Below the pieces are notes generated by a model. The model ran no database searches, was not told the origin of the DNA, and was given only the letters and a program-made list of their open reading frames with translations. DNA of 64,000 bases from a virus: the IMG/VR virus record IMGVR_UViG_3300046522_000297, positions 1-64,000 of that record; one strand, written 5' to 3'. Within the stretch, counting starts at the first letter, position 1. Every line of letters starts with the position of its first letter. The position numbers were made by a program, and so were the translations under genes. Below are positions 30,603 to 40,201 of this stretch, piece by piece.

Positions 30603-32914
30603 TGGCAGTCAAAACAACTAAAACAGCACCGACTGAACCTGTAAAAGCAGTATATAAGACATACGAGGATTTCAATGCAGAAGAGTTGTACCTGTACGCA
30701 GGGCTCGACTGTATCGTAACCTCGACTCTACTGGAACGTATCTTCCCGTTCCTCGCTGAGGAACCAGTGTACTTTATGCCAGGTAAGGACGGCCGTCCAG
30801 TGCCGACTCACTCCAAGAGTATTCTAGAAACAAACGAAGAGATTACGAAGCTGGCCTTTGAGTACATCCTTGACATGGAGATCAACGGCCTGAAGTACGA
30901 CGTGGCTAAAAACCGTGAGATCAAAGCACAGATGGAAGCTGAGATCGCCGATCTCGAACGTAAGATTTTCGACAGCGGTAAAGTCCCCCTGAACATCAAC
31001 TTCGACTCTGGTAAAGAGATGGTTGAGCTGCTGTACAATCAGCTAGGGTTTACTCCACCGTCTTTCACGGCTTCCGGTGAGCCAAGTACCGACGGTGAAG
31101 CTTTGTTGACCCTGGCAGGGCTTAATCCTCTAAATCCACCAAAAGATTATAAGACCCCGGATCCAGAGTTGCAGTTCTTGGCGTACCTTGCAAAGCGTAA
31201 GGACATTAATTCAACCTGTAACACTTTTATAAGAACATATGTCGAAGACTTCGTCAAAAGGGATGGACGTATTCATCCGTCGTATAACCTTCATGGGACC
31301 AGTGGTTTCAGGATTAGTGGCGATAGTCCTAATCTCACTCAACTCCCTCGGCCTAAGCACGGATATAATATCAGGGAGTGCTATGGGGTCGACGACGGTA
31401 ATGTGTTCATCGCATTTGACTTCAGCTCCGCAGAAGTAAAGATCGTTGCAGCGCTGTGCAAAGACCCGGCAATGTTGAAGGCCGTGGAAGAAGGTCGAGA
31501 TTTCCACTCGTCTTCTGCATCTCTTATGATAGGTGTGCCCTATGAAGAAGTGGTGGCGGTACTAGAAGATAAGAAGCATCCGAAGTTTGCTGAGTATAAA
31601 CATTGGCGGCAAGTAGCGAAAATCCTTAAATCGGTAGGGGCACTATACGGCAACGTATAATGTTAACGGTGTGAATTCAGGGGAAGTCTAAACATTTGAC
31701 ATTCTGTGGTATAACCCTTAAAATCAAATGCATGATAATCCTGAGCGAAGCCGAATGAAAACTTATAGAGATAAAACTTGTTTAATTTGTAATATAGTAT
31801 TTACACCTACAGGGCAGAATAATAAATACTGTAAACCCTGTGCAGAACAAAAGTGGAAGAATAAAGCTGCAGAGTATCAACAGTCTTATCGCATACGAAA
31901 TGGGATTATTAAAAACCCCGGAGTCGGAAGTGGTAACGGAGTTCCTGCAGGAAAGGAACATCATTCTTATAAGACTGGTATCGGCTACTTCCATAAAAAT
32001 GCTAAGCGCATTAAAGAAGAAAGACGTTATTGCAATAGATGTAACAAGGATCTTATCGATGCAACTAGATACCACTGGTGCATACAGCACATCGATCATG
32101 ATCGTACTAATAACGTAGATTCTAACTTTGAGCTTCTGTGTAAACGCTGTCATCAAATAGAGCATGAATGTCATAAGGCATTCGGAACGTCCAACGACTA
32201 GTCCTAGAGACGTAGGGCCCAAGAGGGTTCGAAGCGCACCGGATCCCACGTGGATCATGATATAGTCTGACCTGCATGGAAACATGCAGAGGGTTAGCGG
32301 AATCGGCTAATCCGTAACATAAGTGAACATTTTCGCTAATTTATGGCTCGTCCGCTGGTGGTATTGCAATGCAGTTGAACGTAAGTAAAGATGAAGCTCA
32401 GCGTCTGATGGACCTGTTCTTCAAGGCTTACCCGAAAATGCTTGAGTTCATCGATAACGCACACAAGATGGCTACCTGGAATCAGCGAGTTGTTACCGAG
32501 TTCGGTCAACGTCGTCAAGAATACGGTACCTATAAGTGCTTCGACCGTACGGCTGCTAAGAATGCAGCTCTGCGTAACTCGGCGAACGTTCTGGTTCAAT
32601 CTGCGACCTCGACCCTCGGCCTTATTGTGTTTGCTCATCTAAACAGAGCTATCAAGAAAATCGGTGGCAAGGCTATTTGTACCGTGTATGACTCTTGTGA
32701 GTTTGAAGTACCGCAGGAGAGAGCAGCAGAGGCAATTGAGCTGTGCTTCTATTACCTCAACGATTTCCCGCAGACCATCTTCCCGTGGCTGACGTTGCCA
32801 ATCGGCTGTGATGGTGAGTTGGGCCTCAACTGGGGTGAGTGTGAACACGTTAAGCGTGGCATCACTCAAGAAGCATGTAACGATATTATCTATGAATTGA
32901 GAGGTGCTGCGTAA
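30602..32914 (+). CDS. polA: DNA polymerase part 2: family A polymerase, two exons (30602-31626 and 32326-32914; 537 aa spliced)
   Basis: ExoIII YAGLD, RIHPSY, T.GFRIS..PNLTQLP, motif A DFSSAE, motif B restored on splicing RQVAKIL|TFSLIYG, motif C VYDS. Confidence 0.9.
31627..32325 (+). mobile_element. group I intron (699 nt) in DNA polymerase motif B, carrying an HNH ORF
   Basis: P1 AUCCU|UA..UAGGGG with U.G pair; P3 CGGUGUG/CGCACCG; P7 AACGACUAG / GAUAUAGUCUG; terminal G32325; CT|A junction restores frame. Confidence 0.9.
31728..32201 (+). CDS. intron-encoded HNH homing endonuclease (start may be 31755)
   Basis: CNRC...HIDHDRTNN..SNFELLCKRCH..EH. Confidence 0.85.
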   Translation: MHDNPERSRMKTYRDKTCLICNIVFTPTGQNNKYCKPCAEQKWKNKAAEYQQSYRIRNGIIKNPGVGSGNGVPAGKEHHSYKTGIGYFHKNAKRIKEERRYCNRCNKDLIDATRYHWCIQHIDHDRTNNVDSNFELLCKRCHQIEHECHKAFGTSND

Positions 32915-33073
32915 TGACTGACAACGAGGTAATAGCGAAGGAATTGAAAAGTGCCTTCATGGAAGGTGCAAGTCTTACCCTATATCAAGGGTACAACACT
33001 ATGGAAGACGCTTGGAATGCGAGTAGTACCAAGCATTTTCACGATTCACTGACACAAGAAGACGAGTGATACG

Positions 33074-33100
33074 AAGCCCCTTAACCGGGGCTTTTTGTTT
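33074..33100 (+). terminator. intrinsic terminator
   Basis: AAGCCCC TTAACC GGGGCTT + T tract. Confidence 0.8.
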
Positions 33101-33130
33101 TATAAACCATAACTAATACAATAGAGTAAT

Positions 33131-33655
33131 ATGAATCAACAACAGCGTAAATACGTAACCCAACGTATGCATCAAATCGTCGCTCAACGTAGGGCTACTA
33201 TCGAAGAACAATTCAGAAATGAAGAGCAGCAAGTGCAGTCCTATGTTACCCCTCGATACCCTACTCAGGCTGAGATTCTTCTCAAACTGGCAGGGTTCGA
33301 CTCTCCGGCGGTTCTCAGGTATCAAGGAGAAGAACTCAGGGAAGCAATCGTGGCATCTCAACAAAATACCCCTCGACAGAACTCCTATCGTCCAGATCCT
33401 CTTAACCCCGGTGCGTCTATTTTCTATCCTGTTGCTGCAGGTCTCCAGACCATGGTTTTTCCATTGAATCAAGAAGAGCTTGCTGCTAATGAAGAACTCA
33501 TTGCTCAAGCCGTGGAACGTCGTAAAGTCCGTCTGACGGACCGTATCGACGCGCTGACCCATGCTTATAACCAGTGCATGGACGAAATTATCCTTGGAGA
33601 AAACGCTCATATGATCCAACGAGCCATCGAGGCATTCGAAACTATGGAAGTATAA
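33131..33655 (+). CDS. hypothetical protein
   Basis: 174-aa helical ORF. Confidence 0.65.
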   Translation: MNQQQRKYVTQRMHQIVAQRRATIEEQFRNEEQQVQSYVTPRYPTQAEILLKLAGFDSPAVLRYQGEELREAIVASQQNTPRQNSYRPDPLNPGASIFYPVAAGLQTMVFPLNQEELAANEELIAQAVERRKVRLTDRIDALTHAYNQCMDEIILGENAHMIQRAIEAFETMEV

Positions 33656-33945
33656 TGGAACTTAAGAAATTTCAAGAAAAACCCCGGGAACCTATCCCCG
33701 GTGTAATATGGGATCCCGAGGCTTACGAAAAGGATCCGGAATGGACTAAGACGGGTTTGTTCAAACCTATTGTCGAAAAGAGAAACGGCGAGTATTACCT
33801 TGTCGAAGGACTAGACGGAGTGGGTGAAGAATTCGTAACTCCCCTCAAGCCGGGGTACGTCATCATCCATAGTAACATTTTTGGGTACGAAGCCTTCACA
33901 CCCAGAGAGTTCGAAGCTTCTTATATATATTTGAGAGAAGCATAA
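33655..33945 (+). CDS. hypothetical protein
   Basis: TAATG coupled. Confidence 0.6.
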   Translation: MELKKFQEKPREPIPGVIWDPEAYEKDPEWTKTGLFKPIVEKRNGEYYLVEGLDGVGEEFVTPLKPGYVIIHSNIFGYEAFTPREFEASYIYLREA

Positions 33946-33963
33946 TTCAACAAAGTCGTAATC

Positions 33964-33973
33964 TTTGGTATAA
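33964..33973 (+). promoter_or_regulatory. phage promoter motif
   Basis: TTTGGTATAA TTAA TATA; precedes a non-coding structured region. Confidence 0.7.
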
Positions 33974-33980
33974 TTAATAT

Positions 33981-34320
33981 AGAAACAGAAATGTGCTTCC
34001 GCTTAGTTCTCAATGAGTCTATCTATGATAGCGGGATTGAAAACTAGTATCGCAATTTCTTCGTTTTCAGTTTTGGCACGAGAGATTGTTTACCCTACAG
34101 ATTAGTGTTGCGGCTCCTATTGGTGGAGTGCAGGGCACTTTGACGTAGAATCGCAATCTTTCACGCCGGTGTTTTAATGTATCTAGTAGTAGAAACTACG
34201 GGGAGGATGCTACATCCTCCTATCGTATTTCGGTCGCAATGTACCCTTCGCTGCGCTCAGGTACTGCGAGACCGAGACCCCTGAGGTCCAACGAGATTAA
34301 AACACCACCCACCTTTTTTT
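33981..34320 (+). ncRNA. candidate ~340-nt highly structured non-coding RNA
   Basis: own promoter, no long ORF, nested helices (GGTGTTTTAAT 34168-78 / ATTAAAACACC 34296-306; 34075-88 / 34154-67; GGAGGATG/CATCCTCC), ends in T7. Confidence 0.55.
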
Positions 34321-34341
34321 AACCAACGACAGAGAATAAGA

Positions 34342-34632
34342 ATGTCAGATATCCTTACTTCAGGTCAAAAACTTGTCGCAGACAATACTCCAACTGCGGA
34401 AGAGTCTACGAACAGTGACCAGTGGATCAAAAGCCGTCTGTGCTTCTGCAACGACGACGCACCTACGGACTGCCGTTTTCACAGCCCCAAAGAACAGGGA
34501 TGGGAACAATGCCCTAACACCGAAGCCGGCCGAGCTGGTAAAGCCAAAGGCCGATGGTTGTGGATGAGAAATCCTAACTTTGGTAAGATCAGCGAAGCAG
34601 CTGAAGAATCTCTCCTCGTCGATCCCGACTGA
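34342..34632 (+). CDS. hypothetical Cys-containing protein
   Basis: 96-aa ORF. Confidence 0.55.
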   Translation: MSDILTSGQKLVADNTPTAEESTNSDQWIKSRLCFCNDDAPTDCRFHSPKEQGWEQCPNTEAGRAGKAKGRWLWMRNPNFGKISEAAEESLLVDPD

Positions 34633-34650
34633 TCAATAACCCTAGTAATT

Positions 34651-34660
34651 TTTGGTATAA
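34651..34660 (+). promoter_or_regulatory. phage promoter motif
   Basis: TTTGGTATAA ATAT AGTA + hairpin GCCGA/TCGGC. Confidence 0.75.
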
Positions 34661-34714
34661 ATATAGTAAGCCGAAAATATCGGCCTATTTTATAACTTAA
34701 CTTGAAAGAGAATT

Positions 34715-35230
34715 ATGCGCAAAATGAAATCCGCTCTCCTGAGCTCGGCCCTCCTCATGGTCGTTGCCGCTGCTCTGGCTCCGGTCGCCATGGTCGGCTG
34801 CTCCAAGCAGGAACCCGAGAAGGAGAAAAACCCGGTCGTGCCGGAAGGCCAACGCATCAGCTTCCAGGTTCTGGAAGACGCACGTTCGACCTCGTACGCC
34901 AACGGCGTCATCGTCGCCAAGACCTACGTCCGTGACAACCCGCGTCTGGACGGCATGAACGTCGTCGGCCACCCGGACCAGGTGCAATCGGATACCTGCC
35001 CCCAGGGTTCCGGCTGGACCAACGTCTCGGCCATGAAAACCGACACCGAAGTCCTGGACGCCAAAGGCAAACCGACCATCCACAAGGAAAAGCTGATCTG
35101 CAGCACTGTGTCGGCCAGCATCGGCTGTTTCCGTGAAGAAGACTTCAAGAAGTCGAAGTACTCGGGCCAGGAAGATCAGTGCAACGTTCACCTGCCGTTC
35201 CCGCTGCCGAAGCTGGTCGGCCGTGGCTAA
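34715..35230 (+). CDS. putative lipoprotein
   Basis: signal peptide with lipobox MVGC; four additional Cys; monocistronic between promoter and terminator. Confidence 0.7.
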   Translation: MRKMKSALLSSALLMVVAAALAPVAMVGCSKQEPEKEKNPVVPEGQRISFQVLEDARSTSYANGVIVAKTYVRDNPRLDGMNVVGHPDQVQSDTCPQGSGWTNVSAMKTDTEVLDAKGKPTIHKEKLICSTVSASIGCFREEDFKKSKYSGQEDQCNVHLPFPLPKLVGRG

Positions 35231-35252
35231 AAGAGCTTAGGCTCTACACTAG

Positions 35253-35278
35253 AAGGTGCCCTAGAGGCACCTTTTTTT
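35253..35278 (+). terminator. intrinsic terminator
   Basis: AAGGTGCC CTAGA GGCACCTT + T tract. Confidence 0.85.
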
Positions 35279-35381
35279 ACCCTCAAATTAAGCTATAATA
35301 ATTACCCGCGTCGATAAAATCGACCGATAGAATTCTAGCAACACCATAATAAATACTATAAAAATAAGAGAATAAGAACTG

Positions 35382-36437
35382 ATGGAACCGAAACTGAATC
35401 AGACGGCTGCAGCCGTTGAAGACGCACTGATCCCGAACATTCTTAAACCCACAGAGAGTCTCAAGGTGGTATATCCTGAGGCAATCGACTTTACCGAAAA
35501 GCAGCTAAAAGTGTTCTGGCTGCCCGGCGAAGTCAAGGTGGAAAAAGACATCCAGGATATCCGTGTTAATATGACTCCAGCCGAGAGACACGGCACCCTG
35601 ACTACCCTGAAGTTGTTTACTCTGTACGAGCTAAAAGCTGGCGCAGAATACTGGGGCGGTCGATTTAAACAGAGGTTCCCGACGCATGAACTTCAGCGTA
35701 TGGCCGCTACGTTCGCAATGTTCGAACTAGCAGTGCACAAGCCGTTTTATGCAAAGATCAATGAACTTCTGTTTTTAGATAACGATGATTTCTACGCAGC
35801 TTACAAACAGGATCCGGTCCTGAAAGCTCGTATGGACTTTATCGATCAGATCATCGATCATCAAGACGATCTGGTTTCGCTGGGTGGATTTTCCCTTATC
35901 GAGGGCGGTATCCTGTATAGTGCATTCGGATTCCTCAAGCACTTCCAATCGAGGGGTAAGAACAAAGCCCTAAACGTTGTACGTGGCATTAACTTCTCGG
36001 TACGTGATGAAAACCTGCACTCCATTGCCGGGGCTTGGACTTTCAGAAAACTACTGGCTGAGAAGAAGGAGTTGATGAGTGCTGAAGACTTTGCTGTGTA
36101 TTCGGCAGAGATCAAACAACTGGTCCTCCGAGCTGCAGAGCAGATTCTTCTGCATGAAAGCTACATTGTTGATGAGATCTTCTCCCAAGGGGAGATTGAA
36201 GGCATCACGTCTTTGCAACTGAAGAACTTTGTTAAGTCTCGTATTAACCTGGTTCTTGTCGAGCTCGGTTATGAAAAGCTGTATGAAGTTACTTATAACC
36301 CGATTGCTGAATGGTTTTACGATTCGATTAATTCGTTTACGTTTAATGATACTTTCAGCGGTGTTGGAAATAGCTATCACAGAGACTGGGATGAAACCAG
36401 CTTTGCCTGGACCCCCAAGAATAAGAAACAACAATAA
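35382..36437 (+). CDS. nrdB: class I ribonucleotide reductase beta subunit
   Basis: FWLPGEV, FELAVH..FY, IEGG.LYSAF, RDENLH di-iron ligands. Confidence 0.92.
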   Translation: MEPKLNQTAAAVEDALIPNILKPTESLKVVYPEAIDFTEKQLKVFWLPGEVKVEKDIQDIRVNMTPAERHGTLTTLKLFTLYELKAGAEYWGGRFKQRFPTHELQRMAATFAMFELAVHKPFYAKINELLFLDNDDFYAAYKQDPVLKARMDFIDQIIDHQDDLVSLGGFSLIEGGILYSAFGFLKHFQSRGKNKALNVVRGINFSVRDENLHSIAGAWTFRKLLAEKKELMSAEDFAVYSAEIKQLVLRAAEQILLHESYIVDEIFSQGEIEGITSLQLKNFVKSRINLVLVELGYEKLYEVTYNPIAEWFYDSINSFTFNDTFSGVGNSYHRDWDETSFAWTPKNKKQQ

Positions 36438-36465
36438 TACAATAACAAATAAATAGAATAAGAAT

Positions 36466-38163
36466 ATGGGTAAAACTGTTTACGATAAGCTTTCCGAAGA
36501 ACGCAAGAATCTCCAAGCAGCAGGACTAGTGCCTGAGTGGTACACCACCGCAGGGTGGCAGATGTTCAAAGAGAAGTACATGTACGAGACGTCGAATGTT
36601 AAGGAGCAGTTCGAACGAATCGCTAATACTGCTGCTAAGCATCTTCGGAAGATTGGCAAAGAAGAACTGGGTCGTGAGAAGTTCTTTGAACTTTTCTGGA
36701 AAGGTTGGCTCTCCCCAAGCACGCCGGTGCTGGGTAACATGGGTACTGACAGAGGTCTGCCTATCGCTTGCTCCGGAGGCAAGATTGGTGATTCCGTCTA
36801 TGATTTCTACGCAGCTCGATTGGAGACCGCAATCCTTACCAAAATGGGCTTCGGCACTTCCGGTTACTTCGGCGATGTTCGTCCTCGTGGCAGCTCGATC
36901 TCGGTAGGCGGTAAAGCTTCGGGTATGGTTCCGGTGTGGCAAGGGTTCATTGACGATATGCGCAAGATTACTCAAGGCCAGGCCCGTCGTGGCAGCTTTG
37001 CAGCATATCTGCCTATCGATCACGGAGACTTTGACGAAGCCGCAGACTATACCATGGCTGAGACTGACGATGCCAATATTGGTTGGGTGATTAAGAAGAG
37101 TTTCATCGAAGACCTGAACGATGGTCTGCCTGAAGCAACTCGACGCTTTCAGAAGTCTCTGAAGCTCAAGATGACGATGGGTAAGGGTTACTACTGCTTC
37201 ATCGACAAGATCAATGACAAACGTCCTCCGATGTATGTCAAGCATGGCCTGTATGTGAACGCTAGTAATCTTTGTGATGAGATCACCCTGTTCTCGGATA
37301 CCGACCATACTTTTACCTGCGTTCTGTCGTCCATGAACGTATCGAAGTGGGAAGAGTGGAAGGATACCGATGCCGTATATTGGGCTACCGTGTTCCTGGA
37401 TTGCGTGGTTGAAGAGTTCTTAGAGAAGGCTCGTAATATCCCGGGTCTGGAAAAGGCAGTTCGATTTACCGAGAAGGGTCGTGCATTAGGCCTGGGTCAG
37501 TGCGGTTATCATACCCTTCTGCAGAAGAAGCGTATCCCGTTCGAAGATATGCGTGCATATTTTCTGAACCGGGAAATTGCAAAGCACATTAACGCAGAGT
37601 CCCTGAAGGCCTCCCAGGATATGGCAGTATGGCTCGGTGAGCCGTTCTGGTGTGAAGGCTTCGGTGTTCGTAACACCCACCGTATTGCCATTGCACCTAC
37701 CAAGAGTACTGCACTGCTGATGGGCGGAGTTTCCGAGGGTATCAACCTCGACCCAGCAGTGATTTACACCCAGACTACTGCAGCGGGTGAAGTTGCCCGT
37801 ATCGTACCTGAATTCCTGGAGTACATGAAGGAAAAGGGTATGTACAACAAGGTTGTTATCAAACGCATCCTTGAAGCACGAGGTTCCGTACAGAGCGAAG
37901 ATTGGATCCCCGATGAAGATAAGAGGGTATTCAAGACGGCGTTCGAGATCAACCAAGAAGCCCATATCCGTCAAGCTTCCCAAAGAGCACCTGAGATTTG
38001 CCAGTGGCAATCTTTCAACCTGTCGTTCTCGGCAGAAGAGGATCCAGTTTGGATTGGTCATTGTCATCAGATGATCTTTGAAGATCCTAACATGCTTGGA
38101 GCTTATTACATTACGACTCAGTCGGGGGTAAGCGGCTCGAAGGAATGTGAGTCCTGTCAGTAA
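36466..38163 (+). CDS. nrdA: class I ribonucleotide reductase alpha subunit
   Basis: SPSTPVL, ACS, QGQARRG, SNLCDEI, CVLSS, GLG, IAPT.ST, YY, C-terminal CESCQ. Confidence 0.95.
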   Translation: MGKTVYDKLSEERKNLQAAGLVPEWYTTAGWQMFKEKYMYETSNVKEQFERIANTAAKHLRKIGKEELGREKFFELFWKGWLSPSTPVLGNMGTDRGLPIACSGGKIGDSVYDFYAARLETAILTKMGFGTSGYFGDVRPRGSSISVGGKASGMVPVWQGFIDDMRKITQGQARRGSFAAYLPIDHGDFDEAADYTMAETDDANIGWVIKKSFIEDLNDGLPEATRRFQKSLKLKMTMGKGYYCFIDKINDKRPPMYVKHGLYVNASNLCDEITLFSDTDHTFTCVLSSMNVSKWEEWKDTDAVYWATVFLDCVVEEFLEKARNIPGLEKAVRFTEKGRALGLGQCGYHTLLQKKRIPFEDMRAYFLNREIAKHINAESLKASQDMAVWLGEPFWCEGFGVRNTHRIAIAPTKSTALLMGGVSEGINLDPAVIYTQTTAAGEVARIVPEFLEYMKEKGMYNKVVIKRILEARGSVQSEDWIPDEDKRVFKTAFEINQEAHIRQASQRAPEICQWQSFNLSFSAEEDPVWIGHCHQMIFEDPNMLGAYYITTQSGVSGSKECESCQ

Positions 38164-38167
38164 ACAC

Positions 38168-38193
38168 AGCCCTCTTCGGAGGGCTTTTTATTT
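38168..38193 (+). terminator. intrinsic terminator
   Basis: AGCCCTC TTCG GAGGGCT + T tract. Confidence 0.85.
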
Positions 38194-38202
38194 AGGTGTA
38201 TA

Positions 38203-38466
38203 ATGTCAAAAAGCAGATATGAGCAGCTAGTTGAAAGCTCATGGAAGTATACTTTTAGGCTACCCTTTCCACACAATCTTTGTTCTGATGTGATTTTAAG
38301 AGGGGATGAGAAAGTTAAATCCGTAGTAAGGTCTTATGCGGAGCTTGATATAAAGTTCGGCAATCTCGTAAGCATGTATTTGAATCTCGCCAAGGAAATT
38401 TCTACCTTGGAATCCGAGAATAAACTCTTAAAACAAATGCTATTAGAAAAGGAAAACAAAGAATGA
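38203..38466 (+). CDS. hypothetical protein
   Basis: C-terminal coiled coil. Confidence 0.55.
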   Translation: MSKSRYEQLVESSWKYTFRLPFPHNLCSDVILRGDEKVKSVVRSYAELDIKFGNLVSMYLNLAKEISTLESENKLLKQMLLEKENKE

Positions 38467-38753
38467 ACGCAGAACAATTCGCATACTGGGTCCAAGGTAA
38501 ATTTGAGGATCGTGAAATCGGCAACATCAGCCATGACGAAGCCTTGAAAATCATGAAGAGCATCAAGGAACATGTGGCTACGGTGTTTAAGAAGGTTACT
38601 CCTGAAGTGACCCAAGATCCTAACCGAAAGATCGATTTCGATGAATTGATTAAAAATGCGTTCCCTAAGGAAAAACCTCACAATCCCTTCGATTACGATA
38701 AAAGGGATTACTGGCTTAAACCCAAAGGCCCGCTTCCGGAGCTTACCTGCTAA
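38463..38753 (+). CDS. hypothetical protein
   Basis: MNAEQFAYWVQG...IKEH...VFKKVTP pattern common in large phages. Confidence 0.65.
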   Translation: MNAEQFAYWVQGKFEDREIGNISHDEALKIMKSIKEHVATVFKKVTPEVTQDPNRKIDFDELIKNAFPKEKPHNPFDYDKRDYWLKPKGPLPELTC

Positions 38754-39289
38754 TGAGTGGCCCGACCTACGTATACCGGGTCGGAATTGATCCGGCCTGG
38801 AAAAACCTTGGTGTAGCTTTGGTTAAGGAGAATTTGGAAACCCACGAAATTACGTTGGTGAAATCCTGGGTTATGAATCCGTCTACCTTCAAATCCATTC
38901 CAGACTTCGTAGACGCTCTATGGAAAGAGGTGGTTGAAGCTTTTGATAAAGACGAAGGTGAGATACTGGCATCTGCTAATATCGAACGTTTCGTTGCCTA
39001 TGCCGGTGTTTCTACCGCAGAGACTGAAAACATCTGTATGATCATAGGTGCTTTGCAGTATCTATTCAAAGACAACGAGACGGGGCTCCACCGCGCTATC
39101 GACTGGAAGATGGATCTGGTAAAGGCGCTTCACAAGAAGAAGAAATTCGAGAACCCTAGCTCCAAGCTTGACAAGAAGTTCTCCATCGCTGCAGCTAAGG
39201 CGTGCTTGGATCACGAACACACGTTCTCCACTGACCATGAAGCCGATGCTACCTGCTTGGCTTGTTACCCAGTTATAATGAGAAAATGA
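38753..39289 (+). CDS. RuvC-like Holliday junction resolvase
   Basis: VGIDPAWKNLG, IE, WK, DHEADA. Confidence 0.75.
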   Translation: MSGPTYVYRVGIDPAWKNLGVALVKENLETHEITLVKSWVMNPSTFKSIPDFVDALWKEVVEAFDKDEGEILASANIERFVAYAGVSTAETENICMIIGALQYLFKDNETGLHRAIDWKMDLVKALHKKKKFENPSSKLDKKFSIAAAKACLDHEHTFSTDHEADATCLACYPVIMRK

Positions 39290-39591
39290 CCCCTGAAGAA
39301 GCAGAGCTAGCTAGAGGTGCTCACGAAACCCTGGCCAGAATACTTAAGAGTAACAAAGAAGCTGCCTGGCAGCGTCACTGTGACATCGCTCATGCCAACA
39401 TGGAGGGAGGACTCCTAAAATGGAAAGAAGCTAACGAGGCAGCTTGTAGAGTCATGATGAGCCTGTTCGGGGTAGATACTTCACCTCAATTTATAGAAGT
39501 CCTTAAACAAAGAGCACCTATTCCAAAGGCAATAGTTGAAACTCCGAAACAGTAATGATACAATTGCCTGATAATAATAAAGGATCTTAAT

Positions 39592-39948
39592 ATGTTTGAT
39601 TTTCTTAGCGGTATGTTAGGTGTGGTTTTCGGAAGAGTGAAATCGCCCCTGCCTACGCTGAAGCCCGAGCCTCCTAAATTCCAGGAAGTGTATCCTAATG
39701 GCGACGGAGAGTTTTCCGCAGTAGAAGTGAAAACCCCGTCTGTTTACACGGCTCCTAAGAAAGAGCCCACGGAAATAGAAAAAATGATTCAGCAATTTAA
39801 TCCCCGTCGTGATATGATTGTCATGAGCTACGCAAGACGTGATAAGCTTACTCCAGGCGAAAAGGATTGGCTGGATTCATTGGGTAACCGTGTACATTAC
39901 TTTACAGGCAACACATTGGTGAATTCGGCCATTGTAAGTTGCATGTAA
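39592..39948 (+). CDS. hypothetical protein
   Basis: RBS AAGGA. Confidence 0.6.
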   Translation: MFDFLSGMLGVVFGRVKSPLPTLKPEPPKFQEVYPNGDGEFSAVEVKTPSVYTAPKKEPTEIEKMIQQFNPRRDMIVMSYARRDKLTPGEKDWLDSLGNRVHYFTGNTLVNSAIVSCM

Positions 39949-39967
39949 AATATTGTTACAAAATCTC

Positions 39968-39995
39968 TTCACAAATATAAAAGTAGTGCTATAAT
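39968..39995 (+). promoter_or_regulatory. sigma-70-type promoter for the tRNA cluster leader
   Basis: TTCACA-16-TATAAT with extended TGn. Confidence 0.6.
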
Positions 39996-40003
39996 AAATG
40001 TAT

Positions 40004-40126
40004 ATGAACACTTTCAACACTAACCCCCATTTCTCAGCAATTAAAGCTTCCTTCAAGGCGGCCAATATTGTTGCGCCCGTGGTTTTTGTAAATTCGTATA
40101 ATAGTGAGGGGATCGGCGGAGCTTAA
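40004..40126 (+). CDS. putative leader peptide (40 aa) of an attenuator
   Basis: MNTFNTNPHFSAIKASFKAANIVAPVVFVNSYNSEGIGGA; its stop codon lies within the 5' strand of an antiterminator helix. Confidence 0.6.
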   Translation: MNTFNTNPHFSAIKASFKAANIVAPVVFVNSYNSEGIGGA

Positions 40127-40192
40127 TGTAACTCTACATTAGTTAGCTTTAACCGAACCCACTCTCCCACAAGGTTAGTGGGTTTTTTGTTT
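40103..40192 (+). promoter_or_regulatory. antiterminator/terminator switch upstream of the first tRNA
   Basis: terminator AACCCACT(40156-63)/AGTGGGTT(40177-84)+T tract; competing helix GAGGGGATCGG..AGCT.TAATGTA / TACATTA..AGCT..CCGAACCCACTC. Confidence 0.65.
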
Positions 40193-40201
40193 TATAACTA
40201 T

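Noticed and set aside
29880-30660. Split intein or intron joining the two polymerase genes
   Set aside because: No Cys/Ser-start intein N block, no His-Asn C-terminal motif, no group I core; the gap is filled with coupled ORFs
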